64,000 nt of DNA from Candidatus Omnitrophota bacterium (GTDB taxonomy: Bacteria > Omnitrophota > Gorgyraeia > Zapsychrales > JAHFFX01), in contig JAHFFW010000008.1 of NCBI GenBank assembly GCA_023247725.1, positions 7,359-71,358 of the forward strand. The letters run 5' to 3'. The notes below the pieces were generated by a model. It searched no databases, had not been told where the DNA came from, and was given only the letters and a program-made list of their open reading frames with translations. Each line of letters opens with the position of its first letter. The stretch's first letter is position 1. This document shows positions 1 to 9,516 of the stretch, one piece after another. A program made the position numbers and the translations under genes.

Positions 1-13
1 GCCATTCGACAAA

Positions 14-982
14 TTGAACGTTAAAAAGATTTTGGTCGTTTCCTTAACTAATGTGGGAGACGTCATCTTGACGTTTCCGGTTCTGGATATCTTGCTGGAA
101 GATTTTTCAGATTCGGAATTGTCCGTTGTCGTTGGCCCTAAAGCCAGGGAATTGCTGGACCAGAATCCTCTCATCAAGAACGTCTATGTCTTTGATAAGA
201 AAGGTTCTCCTCTGGAAAAATGGCGGTGGGTGAATCTTCTGCGCCAAGAGCGTTTTGATCTCGTGATTGATTTACGCCATACCGCGATTCCTTTTTTTAT
301 TGGAGCCAAATACCGGACATCATTCCGGCGGATGAATGGGAAAAAAGGGCAACACATACGGTCCCAACATCTGCGGCGGCTGCAAGAGGTTTATGATTAT
401 CGTGAGTCCGCCAATCATCGGTCGGCCTTGTATATCTCTAGTCTGGATAAGGCTGTCATTGATCAGCAATTGAAGAACTTCGAAATCGAAGACCAGCCGT
501 TTATCGTGATGTCCCCAGGAGCCGCCCATCATCTCAAATGCTGGACCCCGAGCGGATTTGCGCAGGTCGGCAATTGGCTGATGGAACGCGATCACTACAA
601 AATTGTTTTGGTGGGTGATCGCAACGAGATCTCGATGAATATCGGCATCACCGAACAGATGCGCCAGCGGGCGCTTAATTTGACGGGGAAAACAACGCTC
701 CCCCAATTGGCGGAGCTTTTGCATCGATCGGCCGGAGTTATTGCCAATGACAGCGCCGTGATGCACCTGGCCAGCTATCTGGATGTGCCGACCCTCGCCA
801 TTTTCGGCCCCACGAATGAGGCAAAGTACGGTCCATGGGGAGCGCGATGCCGAGTGATTCGGCGGGAATTGTTTTGTGCGCCCTGCGAAAAATCCGCTTG
901 TCGCTATCAGCACGAATGCATGCAGCTCTTGGACCCCAAGGATGTCTATGCCGCCTTTGAGAAGAATGTCTTGAAATCGTGA
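14..982 (+). CDS. ADP-heptose:LPS heptosyltransferase, glycosyltransferase family 9 (TTG start)
   Basis: N-terminus MNVKKILVVSLTNVGDVIL and overall GT9 architecture, with the C-terminal GPTNExKYGPW motif typical of WaaC/WaaF-type enzymes. Sits first in the kds/heptose cluster. The reading frame is also open to the window edge, so the start is not certain. Confidence 0.8.
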   Translation: MNVKKILVVSLTNVGDVILTFPVLDILLEDFSDSELSVVVGPKARELLDQNPLIKNVYVFDKKGSPLEKWRWVNLLRQERFDLVIDLRHTAIPFFIGAKYRTSFRRMNGKKGQHIRSQHLRRLQEVYDYRESANHRSALYISSLDKAVIDQQLKNFEIEDQPFIVMSPGAAHHLKCWTPSGFAQVGNWLMERDHYKIVLVGDRNEISMNIGITEQMRQRALNLTGKTTLPQLAELLHRSAGVIANDSAVMHLASYLDVPTLAIFGPTNEAKYGPWGARCRVIRRELFCAPCEKSACRYQHECMQLLDPKDVYAAFEKNVLKS

Positions 983-2019
983 AGATGGATTTCCGTAACA
1001 TTTTGATCATCCGAACCGATCGCGTGGGTGATGTGATTCTGACCACGCCCATGATGGCGGCCCTGCGTCAGAATTATCCAGAGGCAAGGATCAGCGTTCT
1101 TGTTTCTGTGTCGACCTTGGAACTGGTCGAGGGCAACCCGCATCTCAATGAAATCCTCGTGGATGACCGGCACGGCAAACACCAAGGATTCTGGGGATTT
1201 TTCCGGTTGGTCCGGGGGATTCGACAAAAAAATTTTGACGCGGCCTTCGTCATGCATACCAAGAACCGCACCAACAGTTTGTGTTTTTTGGCGGGAATCC
1301 CGCACCGCATCGGTTATAAAAATAAAAAATTTGGATTTCTTCTGACCGAACCCATCGCCGACACGCGCTGGCAAGGACTAAAACATGAAGTGGACTATTG
1401 TCTGGATGTTTTAAAAGAATTGGGAATCCTGAGCCGGGAATCGAACCTTTATCTATCCGTCAGCCGGTCGGCCAAAGAATGGGCCCAACGATTTTTGGAG
1501 CAAAACCAGGTGAAGGAATCCGACCGGCTGGTGGCGATTCATCCCGGCGCCAGTTGCATCTCCAAGCGCTGGAATCCTGAACGGTTCGCGGAGGTTGCAA
1601 ACGAACTGTTTGAAAAAAAAGGATTCAAAGTGATTTTGGTCGGATCCAAAGACAATAAAGACATCATTCAGAAAGTGAAAGAATCCTTCCACCATCCGGT
1701 CATCGATGCGATTGGCCAAACGACCCTCGGGCAATTGGCAGGACTGTTCGAACGCTGTCAGTTATTGATTTCCAATGATTCTGGACCGGTCCATATGGCC
1801 AGTGCCCTGGGGGTGCCGGTCATTTCCATTTTTGGCCGCAATCAAGCGGGGCTGAGTCCTATCCGGTGGGGACCATGGGGTCATAGCGGACTTGTTTTGC
1901 ATAAAGAAGTGGGTTGTCACCAATGCTTAGCCCATAACTGCCGGATCAATTTTCGTTGCCTCGATGAAATCAAACCCAAAGAGGTCTTAGAAGCTGTTGA
2001 CGCTCTATTGGCCCTGTGA
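979..2019 (+). CDS. Second GT9 heptosyltransferase, paralogous to the upstream gene
   Basis: NILIIRTDRVGDVILTTP at the N-terminus and SNDSGPVHMASALGVPVISIFG in the C-terminal half are GT9 signatures. It overlaps the upstream gene's stop codon. GTG 979 and ATG 985 are both possible starts. Confidence 0.8.
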   Translation: MKMDFRNILIIRTDRVGDVILTTPMMAALRQNYPEARISVLVSVSTLELVEGNPHLNEILVDDRHGKHQGFWGFFRLVRGIRQKNFDAAFVMHTKNRTNSLCFLAGIPHRIGYKNKKFGFLLTEPIADTRWQGLKHEVDYCLDVLKELGILSRESNLYLSVSRSAKEWAQRFLEQNQVKESDRLVAIHPGASCISKRWNPERFAEVANELFEKKGFKVILVGSKDNKDIIQKVKESFHHPVIDAIGQTTLGQLAGLFERCQLLISNDSGPVHMASALGVPVISIFGRNQAGLSPIRWGPWGHSGLVLHKEVGCHQCLAHNCRINFRCLDEIKPKEVLEAVDALLAL

Positions 2020-2114
2020 TAAAATCAGCCTTCGTTTTTTCTGGAAAAAATTCATTTTGAGTGTCCATGGAATTAATCCAACTCTTATAAATTTCTGCCC
2101 CGCAAAGGTTTTTC

Positions 2115-3134
2115 ATGAAACAGTATCAGGGAACGATTGCCCGGTTCCGACAGAAACAAATCCTCGTCATCGGCGACATCATGCTGGATCAATACATCTT
2201 TGGCAATGTCTCGCGGATTTCTCCCGAGGCGCCGGTGCCGATTGTTTTGCAAGAAGGATCGCAGACCTACACCCCCGGTGGTTCGGCCAATGTTGCTGCC
2301 AATCTGAGGACCCTGGGTGCGAAAGTGACTCTCATCGGCCGCATCGGCGCCGACAAAGAAGGCCAGATCCTTTTGCGGGAATTAAAAAAAAGAAAAATCG
2401 ATACCCAATCTATCGCCCTTGATCGAACCTGCCCCACCTCGCTTAAAACCAGAATTGTGGCTTCGCATCAGCAGGTCTTGCGTTTGGACCGGGAACTGAC
2501 CGAAAACTGTCCTTTACAACTGGAAGACAAAATCAAACGTTTTGTTCAATCCAATTTAAAAAAATATGACGCGGTGATTATTTCGGATTATGGCAAAGGC
2601 CTGATTAGCTCCGGCTTGGTTGAAGATATTTGTTCGCAGGCGTTATCCCGTCGGAAAATCATCACGGTGGATCCCAAGGTTGAGCATTTTAGTTTTTATC
2701 GCGGGGTGACGGCGATCACCCCCAACCGCAAAGAGGCGGAGAATGCCATCCGGGACATCAAGATCAAATATGTATCGGGCCGCAGGCTGCCGCTTCACCG
2801 TGACCAGCTTCAAACCGACGCCGACATTGACGAGGCGGGAAAGGCCTTGTTGAATTATTTGAATCTGGAAAGCCTCTTGATCACGCTGGGCGAACAGGGA
2901 ATGAGGCTGTTTGAACGAGGAAAAAAACCTATTCATATTAACACCAAGGCTCAGGAAGTGTTTGATGTCACTGGCGCTGGCGATACGGTCATTGCGGTTT
3001 TTACTTTAGCCTTGACGGCTGGCGCAGATAAGCATCAGGCTGCGGATATTGCCAATTATGCGGCTGGGATTGTGGTCGGACACCGAGGGGCGGTTGCGAT
3101 CAGTCCTAAGGAGCTTACAGAGGTGATTCCATGA
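2115..3134 (+). CDS. rfaE1: D-glycero-beta-D-manno-heptose-7-phosphate kinase (HldE domain I only; PfkB carbohydrate kinase)
   Basis: ILVIGDIMLDQYIFGNVSRISPEAPVP matches the HldE kinase N-terminus and the DVTGAGDT PfkB ATP motif is present. There is no adenylyltransferase domain II. Confidence 0.85.
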   Translation: MKQYQGTIARFRQKQILVIGDIMLDQYIFGNVSRISPEAPVPIVLQEGSQTYTPGGSANVAANLRTLGAKVTLIGRIGADKEGQILLRELKKRKIDTQSIALDRTCPTSLKTRIVASHQQVLRLDRELTENCPLQLEDKIKRFVQSNLKKYDAVIISDYGKGLISSGLVEDICSQALSRRKIITVDPKVEHFSFYRGVTAITPNRKEAENAIRDIKIKYVSGRRLPLHRDQLQTDADIDEAGKALLNYLNLESLLITLGEQGMRLFERGKKPIHINTKAQEVFDVTGAGDTVIAVFTLALTAGADKHQAADIANYAAGIVVGHRGAVAISPKELTEVIP

Positions 3135-3898
3135 AATTTGGAAAAGGAAAAGAGACGATCATCGGAGTCATTCCAGCCAGATACGGGTCCACACGACTTT
3201 CCGGAAAAGTGCTTTTGCCCATTGCGGGAAAGCCAATGATCCAGCACGTTTGGGAAAGGGCTAAAAGAAGCCAAATGCTGGATCAACTTCTCATCGCTTG
3301 CGATGACAAAAGGATATTCGACGTGGCCAAGGGATTTGGGGCTGCGGCCGTTATGACCTCAACAGATCATGTATCTGGTACCGACCGGCTCGCGGAGGCC
3401 GTTGAGGATTTGGACTTTGACATTATCGTCAATATTCAGGCGGATGAACCCCTCATCCAGCCTTGCGTCATTGATGATCTGGCCTATGCCCTGACCCGTT
3501 ATGATTGCCCCATGGCCACTGTTATCTCCGACAACTTATTCGGAGAAGAATTGACGAGCCCCGACGTTGTCAAGGCGGTCATTGACCGCAACCATGATGT
3601 GGTTTACTTTTCTCGTTCGCTCATCCCGTTTGAACGCAAGAAAGGGACTAGAACACCCTATTACAAGCATTTGGGCATTTATGCCTACCGGAAAGAATTT
3701 CTGCTCAAGTTCAAACAACTTCCTCATTCTTTTCTGGAGCAGGCGGAAGAATTAGAGCAACTTCGCGCTTTGGAATGGGGATATAAGATCAAAGCAGTCT
3801 TGACAGATGTGGAAACCATCGGTGTCGATGTCGAGCAAGATTTGCAGAAAGTGGAAGAATTTTTGAAAAAAGAGGCGAGGCTTGCCAAACTCAGTTAG
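3131..3898 (+). CDS. kdsB: 3-deoxy-manno-octulosonate cytidylyltransferase (CMP-KDO synthetase)
   Basis: GVIPARYGSTRLSGKVLLPIAGKPMIQHVWERA is the classic KdsB N-terminus. There is a 4-nt overlap with the upstream gene. Confidence 0.92.
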   Translation: MKFGKGKETIIGVIPARYGSTRLSGKVLLPIAGKPMIQHVWERAKRSQMLDQLLIACDDKRIFDVAKGFGAAAVMTSTDHVSGTDRLAEAVEDLDFDIIVNIQADEPLIQPCVIDDLAYALTRYDCPMATVISDNLFGEELTSPDVVKAVIDRNHDVVYFSRSLIPFERKKGTRTPYYKHLGIYAYRKEFLLKFKQLPHSFLEQAEELEQLRALEWGYKIKAVLTDVETIGVDVEQDLQKVEEFLKKEARLAKLS

Positions 3899-3969
3899 TG
3901 TGGGATGGGTTAAAACAGGCAACGGTGTGCGGCGCGTGTTCATCGCCGGTCCCAAAAAGGAATGATCGC

Positions 3970-4800
3970 ATGCCTAAGGCGGTTAAAATTGATAAAATCT
4001 CGATCGGCGGAAAAGGCCGGTTGGGTCTCATCGCCGGTCCCTGTGTCATCGAAAATAAAGACCTCACCTTCAAAATCACCGGGACGCTAAAAAAAATCAC
4101 GACCCAGCTGGGAATTCCTTTCATTTTCAAGGCCAGCTACGACAAGGGGAATCGGACTTCCGTGTCGTCATATCGCGGCCTGGGGTTGAAAGAAGGCCTG
4201 GCTATTCTTCGGGAGGTGAAACAAAAATTTCAGGTGCCCATCTTAAGCGATGTGCACTCGGTGGCCGAAGTCAAATTGGCCGCCGGGATTTTGGATGTCA
4301 TCCAGATTCCTGCCTTTCTTTGCCGGCAAACCGACCTTTTGCTCGCGGCTGGTTCGACGCAAAAACCAGTGAACATCAAGAAGGGACAGTTTTTGGCGCC
4401 TTGGGACATCGAACAGGTGGTTAAAAAAATTGAATCGACGGGCAATCGGAATATTTTATTGACCGAACGCGGCGTGAGTTTTGGCTACAACCAATTGGTT
4501 TCCGATTTTCGTTCCCTGGCCATTATGCGCAAGACCGGTTATCCGGTTGTCTTTGACGCCTCGCACAGTGTGCAGGAACCGGGCGGGTTGGGAAAGGCGT
4601 CGGGCGGAAATAGTGAGTTCATTCCCTTACTAGCGCGCTGTGCGGTTGCCGCCGGCTGTGATGCCGTCTTTATGGAGGTTCATCCTTTTCCGCCCAAGGC
4701 ACTTTCCGACGGGCCCAACATGCTGCGGCTGGATTTGGTCAAAGGGCTTTTGGAGGAATTGAAAGCCATTGATTCAATCGTCAGGCAAAAAAAGGTTTGA
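3970..4800 (+). CDS. kdsA: 2-dehydro-3-deoxyphosphooctonate aldolase (KDO-8-P synthase)
   Basis: IAGPCVIENKDLTF...IPFIFKASYDKGNRTS...DVHS is typical of KdsA. The start is taken at the internal ATG 3970 (MPKAVKID). Confidence 0.92.
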   Translation: MPKAVKIDKISIGGKGRLGLIAGPCVIENKDLTFKITGTLKKITTQLGIPFIFKASYDKGNRTSVSSYRGLGLKEGLAILREVKQKFQVPILSDVHSVAEVKLAAGILDVIQIPAFLCRQTDLLLAAGSTQKPVNIKKGQFLAPWDIEQVVKKIESTGNRNILLTERGVSFGYNQLVSDFRSLAIMRKTGYPVVFDASHSVQEPGGLGKASGGNSEFIPLLARCAVAAGCDAVFMEVHPFPPKALSDGPNMLRLDLVKGLLEELKAIDSIVRQKKV

Positions 4801-4818
4801 TCCAGTTTCAAGGAAGGT

Positions 4819-5775
4819 ATGTCCATAAAATTGGCCAAAGACGTTATCCGGATTGAAGCCCAGGCCGTACAGGCCCTGAGTCGCTCCATCGACGGGCAAT
4901 TTTTAAAAGCGATCGACATGATTGCCAAATGCCGCGGCCGGGTGATTGTCACCGGCATGGGCAAGGCGGGAATTATCGGCCGTAAGATTGCCGCCACATT
5001 TTCTTCCACGGGAACTCCCAGCATTTGGATGCACAGTGCCGAGGCCGAACACGGTGACCTGGGTCAAGTGACAAAAAATGATATCCTGATGTTATTGTCG
5101 AATAGCGGCGAGACCGACGAAACCAAACGCCTGCTGCCGCTCATCAAAAAAATTGGCGCCAAATCGATTGCGTTAACCGGCAATCCGCGGTCGTCTTTGG
5201 CGAAATACAGCGACGTGGTCCTTGATGTCAGCGTGCGCAAGGAAGGATGTCCATTGGGCCTGGCTCCCATGGCTTCGACGACGGTGACTTTGGTCATGGG
5301 CGATTGTCTGGCGGCGTGTTTGATTGAACGCAAAGGATTTCAGAAAGAAGATTTTGCCTTTTATCATCCTGCCGGAACGTTAGGAAAAAAACTTTTGCTC
5401 AAAGTGGAAGACATCATGCGTACGGGTGCAACCCTGGCCCGGGTTCGTCCGCAGATGAAGGTGAAGGAAGTCCTTTTGGCGATCACTCAGTCCCGCTGTG
5501 GCTCAGCTTGCGTGGTGGATGGGCGCAATCGGCTTTTGGGAATTTTTACCGACGGTGATCTGCGCCGGCATCTGGAAACCGATCCGACCTTAACTGATCG
5601 GCCAGTCAGGGAGGTCATGACCAAAGATCCTCTGACCATCGAAAAAGACAAGTTGGCCCTCGAGGCCGCGCATCTTCTTCAAGAAAAAAGGATTGATGAG
5701 CTGCCGGTTGTGGCCAACGGCAGGCTCGTGGGTCTTCTCGATGTGCAGGATTTACTGAAGACGGGTTTGATTTGA
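4819..5775 (+). CDS. kdsD: Arabinose-5-phosphate isomerase (SIS domain plus tandem CBS), KdsD/KpsF family
   Basis: SIS motif GRVIVTGMGKAGIIGRKIAATFSSTG with a C-terminal CBS pair. Lies between kdsA and kdsC. Confidence 0.9.
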   Translation: MSIKLAKDVIRIEAQAVQALSRSIDGQFLKAIDMIAKCRGRVIVTGMGKAGIIGRKIAATFSSTGTPSIWMHSAEAEHGDLGQVTKNDILMLLSNSGETDETKRLLPLIKKIGAKSIALTGNPRSSLAKYSDVVLDVSVRKEGCPLGLAPMASTTVTLVMGDCLAACLIERKGFQKEDFAFYHPAGTLGKKLLLKVEDIMRTGATLARVRPQMKVKEVLLAITQSRCGSACVVDGRNRLLGIFTDGDLRRHLETDPTLTDRPVREVMTKDPLTIEKDKLALEAAHLLQEKRIDELPVVANGRLVGLLDVQDLLKTGLI

Positions 5776-6293
5776 AAGATAAGCTTAAAAAAATTAAACT
5801 TCTGATTATGGATGTCGACGGGATTTTGACCGATGGCCGCATTGTCATGGATGATGAGGGGCGAGAAACAAAATTTTTTGATGTGCGCGACGGGTTTGGG
5901 ATTGTGATGTTTCGCAAAGCCGGTTTTAAAACCGCCATCATCAGCGCCCGGCCATCCAGGACCATTTTGCATCGCGCCAAAGATCTTTCCATTGACAAAG
6001 TGGTGACCGACACCTATCCCAAAATCGGGGCTTATGAATCCATGTTGAAGGAATTTGGCTTCAAGGATGAAGAGGCTTGTTATATGGGAGATGATTTACC
6101 CGATTTGGACATCATGCAAAAGGTCGGTTTTGCGGTGAGTGTTCCCGACGGGCGTCCTGAAGTTCGGCAATCCGCTCATTACGTGACCACGCACCGTGGA
6201 GGCCGTGGCGCCGTGCGGGAAGTGATTGAAATGATCATGAAGGCCCAGACATTGTGGAATTGGCCGGTCGCGAAAGAAAAGAGAAAGAAATGA
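5772..6293 (+). CDS. kdsC: KDO-8-phosphate phosphatase (HAD family)
   Basis: LLIMDVDGILTDGRIVMDDEGRETKFFDVRDGFGI is the KdsC signature. TTG start 5772 shares a TTGA overlap with the kdsD stop; an alternative ATG is at 5808. Confidence 0.88.
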   Translation: MKDKLKKIKLLIMDVDGILTDGRIVMDDEGRETKFFDVRDGFGIVMFRKAGFKTAIISARPSRTILHRAKDLSIDKVVTDTYPKIGAYESMLKEFGFKDEEACYMGDDLPDLDIMQKVGFAVSVPDGRPEVRQSAHYVTTHRGGRGAVREVIEMIMKAQTLWNWPVAKEKRKK

Positions 6294-7105
6294 AAAAGAC
6301 AGTCCTATTGGTTATTTGTTTTTTAGGGACGACGTTGGCTTTTGCCGAGGAGTCGGCCCAGCAGTTTGAAGGATTCACTCTGGATGGTTATTCCGACGGA
6401 GGACGCAAATCCTGGGATGTCAAAGGCGATTCGGCCAACATCGAAGGCAGCAACATCAATATGACCAACGTCAACGCCAATTCCTATGGCGATGAAAAGG
6501 TCAATCTCAAGGCCAAGACCGGCACGGTCAATAAAGATACTGGGAAGATGCATTTAGAGAAAGATGTGGTCATTACAACGGAAACCGGCTCACAACTCAA
6601 AACCGACGAGCTCAACTGGGAAAGGGAAAAGGATCTGGTCACGACGGATAAAAAAGTGACCTTGACCCGGGATGAAATCGTCGCCGAGGCCATGGGCGCC
6701 ATTGCTCATCCAAATCTCAAAACCGCCCAGATGAATGAGGACGTCACGGTGAAGGTGAAAACTGATCCAAAGGTACCCGGCGGAAGAATTCTCACCATCA
6801 CCTGCGATGGGCCTCTCGAGGTCGATCAGGTCGGGCAAAAGGCCGTGTTCAACCATAATGTGCTGGCGGTTCAGGAAGGGCGGGAATTACGCTCCGATAA
6901 AGCGGAATTGTATTTTGATACCCAGACCAAACAAATCAAACAGATGATTTGCACCGGGCATGTTTCCATCAAGCAGGGCGAAAACGTGACCTATTCCGAA
7001 ATGGCAATCTATCGCGCCGGGGAGCAACGGCTGACCCTTTCTGGTCAGCCCAAACTGATTCTGGAAATCAACGGAGAAAACAGCTTTGCACCTCTTGGAA
7101 ACTAA
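6290..7105 (+). CDS. lptA: Periplasmic OstA-like LPS transport protein (LptC/LptA-like; two OstA-type halves; signal peptide)
   Basis: Signal peptide MKKTVLLVICFLGTTLAFA followed by OstA-like beta-jellyroll pattern in both halves. Occupies the kdsC-[lptC/lptA]-lptB position. Confidence 0.7.
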   Translation: MKKTVLLVICFLGTTLAFAEESAQQFEGFTLDGYSDGGRKSWDVKGDSANIEGSNINMTNVNANSYGDEKVNLKAKTGTVNKDTGKMHLEKDVVITTETGSQLKTDELNWEREKDLVTTDKKVTLTRDEIVAEAMGAIAHPNLKTAQMNEDVTVKVKTDPKVPGGRILTITCDGPLEVDQVGQKAVFNHNVLAVQEGRELRSDKAELYFDTQTKQIKQMICTGHVSIKQGENVTYSEMAIYRAGEQRLTLSGQPKLILEINGENSFAPLGN

Positions 7106-7808
7106 AGGGCTCGTCAAAAGTTACGGGGGCCGTCGGGTCGTGGATGGATTGAGCATTTCCGTCGGGCGCTCGGAAATCGTCGGATTGCTAGGCCCCAACG
7201 GAGCGGGAAAAACCACGACCTTTTATATGGCGGTCGGCATCATCAGCCCGGATGAAGGCAAGATCCTTTTCGATCAGGACGACATTACCCGTAAACCCAT
7301 CCATGACCGCTGCCGGCTGGGAATGGGTTATTTGGCTCAGGAGCCTTCGATCTTCCGGAAATTAACCGTTGCCGAAAACATCATGGCCATACTGGAAACC
7401 CTTCGCTTAAGTCCCCGGGAACGGCGTCGGCGGTTGAATTCGCTTCTCGAGGAGCTGAAAATTGCGCATCTTGCGAAGAGTAAGGCCTACACGCTTTCCG
7501 GCGGAGAACGGCGGCGTTTGGAAATCACCCGGGCCCTGGTCACGAATCCTTCATTTTTGCTTTTGGATGAACCTTTTTCCGGCATCGATCCGATTGTGGT
7601 GGCCGAAGCGCAGGAAATCATTAAGGGATTAAAAAATCGCGGTTTGGGGATTCTGTTGACCGATCATAATGTGAGGGAAACTCTTTCCATCACGGACAGG
7701 GCTTATTTGATCGCCGAGGGAAGAGTCCTTATTTCCGGTTCCGCTCAGGATTTGATCAACGATCCAAGGGCACGGAAGATTTATTTGGGGGAGAAGTTTA
7801 GCATGTAG
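7086..7808 (+). CDS. lptB: LPS export ABC transporter ATP-binding protein
   Basis: LLETKGLVKSYGGRRVVDGLSISVGRSEIVGLLGPNGAGKTTTFYM (Walker A), the LSGGERRRLEI signature and LLLDEPFSGIDP (Walker B). Confidence 0.93.
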   Translation: MHLLETKGLVKSYGGRRVVDGLSISVGRSEIVGLLGPNGAGKTTTFYMAVGIISPDEGKILFDQDDITRKPIHDRCRLGMGYLAQEPSIFRKLTVAENIMAILETLRLSPRERRRRLNSLLEELKIAHLAKSKAYTLSGGERRRLEITRALVTNPSFLLLDEPFSGIDPIVVAEAQEIIKGLKNRGLGILLTDHNVRETLSITDRAYLIAEGRVLISGSAQDLINDPRARKIYLGEKFSM

Positions 7809-7897
7809 GGATTTAGGGATTAAGGGGATTAGGGATTTGGGGGGTTGGGGAATAAGGTTGATTGAATAACCCCCAACCCCCCCAAATCCCTAAATCC
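7808..7897. repeat. Telomere-like G-rich tandem units (TAGGGATT/AGGGGATT/GGGGGG) forming a ~27-bp stem inverted repeat with a 19-nt loop; G-quadruplex-capable
   Basis: Seen directly. GGGATTAGGGATTTGGGGGGTTGGGG (7825-7850) is near-perfectly complementary to CCCCAACCCCCCCAAATCCCTAAATCCC (7870-7897). Extra GGGATTTA units lie upstream. No U-tract follows. Confidence 0.8.
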
Positions 7898-7923
7898 CAA
7901 GATCCCCCAAGGAGCACTCACTC

Positions 7924-8814
7924 ATGAAACTCGAAGTCAAAAAAATTGATGCCACCAAACGAGAATTGAAATTTGAAATCCCGCCGGAGCGGGTTTCTCA
8001 GGCTCTAGAGGAAGTTTATAAAGAGATTGGCAAAGTCGCCAAGGTGCAGGGTTTTCGGCCAGGCAAGGCGCCTCGGCAAATTATTCAGAAGGAACACGGA
8101 AACCTTGCCCAAGAAGAGGTGATCAAGAAGCTCATTCCGGAAGTTTATGAGGAAGGATTGAAACAACACAATATCTCTCCCATGGATTACCCGCAGATCA
8201 ACGATGTTTCGCTCAAGGATGGGAGGCTATTTTTTACGGCCGTATTGGACATCAAACCTGAGATCAAACTCCAAGAGTATAAAGGAATCAAGGTTCAACG
8301 AAAAAGTTCGCAAGTGACCGACGAGGAAATCAACAAAACCCTCGAAATCTTTAAAAAGGGAAAAGGCGAGGCGCAAGACGCACCGTTGGACGACAATTTT
8401 GCCAAAGGGTTGGGTTACCCGACCATCGTGGAATTTACGACATTCTTGAAACGCCAGATGGAAATGGACAAGGACCGGCAAAATCGCATCGACGTGGAAA
8501 ACCAGATCCTGGAGACCCTGCTTAAGGAAAATTCTTTCGCCGTACCGGCCTCCGCTGCGAAAAAACAGCTGGAGCACTTAGTTCAGGAAAACATCCGGCA
8601 CCTGAAAAGCCGCCGCGTTCCCGAGGAGGAAATCAAAAAGAGAGAAGAGGGACTTTATAAAAACCTCAAACCGGTCGCCGAGCGCGATATCAAACTGTTC
8701 TTGATCCTGGAAAAAATTGCCGAACTGGAAAATATTACGATCGGCGAAAAAGAAAGCCTGCCACAAAAGGTGATTGAATTCTTATTAAAGAATGCCCAGT
8801 GGCAAGAGGAATAA
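7924..8814 (+). CDS. tig: Trigger factor, minimal form lacking the FKBP PPIase domain
   Basis: The N-terminal ribosome-binding domain with GFRPGKAP signature runs directly into C-domain-like sequence. Total is 296 aa against the usual ~430. The tig-clpP order is conserved. Confidence 0.7.
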   Translation: MKLEVKKIDATKRELKFEIPPERVSQALEEVYKEIGKVAKVQGFRPGKAPRQIIQKEHGNLAQEEVIKKLIPEVYEEGLKQHNISPMDYPQINDVSLKDGRLFFTAVLDIKPEIKLQEYKGIKVQRKSSQVTDEEINKTLEIFKKGKGEAQDAPLDDNFAKGLGYPTIVEFTTFLKRQMEMDKDRQNRIDVENQILETLLKENSFAVPASAAKKQLEHLVQENIRHLKSRRVPEEEIKKREEGLYKNLKPVAERDIKLFLILEKIAELENITIGEKESLPQKVIEFLLKNAQWQEE

Positions 8815-8871
8815 CGAGACCCAATTCGCATCCCGATGATGGAAATTAACGCTTGATAAAAGGAGACGCTT

Positions 8872-9480
8872 ATGGACATTCGAAACCAAATCCTTGTTCC
8901 CATGGTCATCGAAAAAACTGGTCATGCCGAACGGGCTTACGATATCTATTCCCGGTTGCTAAAAGACCGAATCATTTTTATCGGAACCGCGATCGATGAT
9001 ACTGTTTCGAACCTGGTCATCGCCCAGCTTTTGTTTTTGCAGTCCGAGGATTCGAACAAGGACATCAATGTCTATATCAACAGTCCGGGTGGTTCGGTCA
9101 CGGCCGGGCTCGCCATTTATGATACGATGCAGTTTTTAAAACCCGACGTGAATACCTATTGCGTGGGCCAGGCCGCCAGCATGGGGGCGGTCCTTCTGGC
9201 GGCGGGAACGAAGGGCAAGCGGTTTGCGCTTCCCTATTCACGGATCATGATTCATCAGCCCTGGGGAGGAACGCAAGGAACCGCGAGCGATATTTCGATC
9301 CAGGCCAAGGAAATTCTTCGCGTCAAGGAAGAGTTGAATCAAATCCTGGCCCTGCATACGGGCCAACCCCTCCAAAGGATTCAAGTGGATTCCGACCGGG
9401 ATTTTTTTATGACGTCGCGCGAGGCGAAGGCCTATGGATTGGTCGATGAGGTGATCGTCAATCCCAGTAAAAAGGTTTAA
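8872..9480 (+). CDS. clpP: ATP-dependent Clp protease proteolytic subunit
   Basis: [33 protein letters not shown] and the Ser-His catalytic context [14 protein letters not shown]...MIHQP. Confidence 0.95.
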   Translation: MDIRNQILVPMVIEKTGHAERAYDIYSRLLKDRIIFIGTAIDDTVSNLVIAQLLFLQSEDSNKDINVYINSPGGSVTAGLAIYDTMQFLKPDVNTYCVGQAASMGAVLLAAGTKGKRFALPYSRIMIHQPWGGTQGTASDISIQAKEILRVKEELNQILALHTGQPLQRIQVDSDRDFFMTSREAKAYGLVDEVIVNPSKKV

Positions 9481-9516
9481 GCTGCTTTCAAGAAGAAAGG
9501 ATCAAAGGAAACGGCA

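Noticed and set aside
7808-7897. CRISPR array
   Set aside because: The G-rich units are 7-9 nt, contiguous and palindromic. There are no repeats of about 30 nt separated by spacers, and no cas genes.
9159-9449. Gly/Arg-rich 96-aa ORF
   Set aside because: It is an alternate frame inside clpP and its composition is low-complexity.
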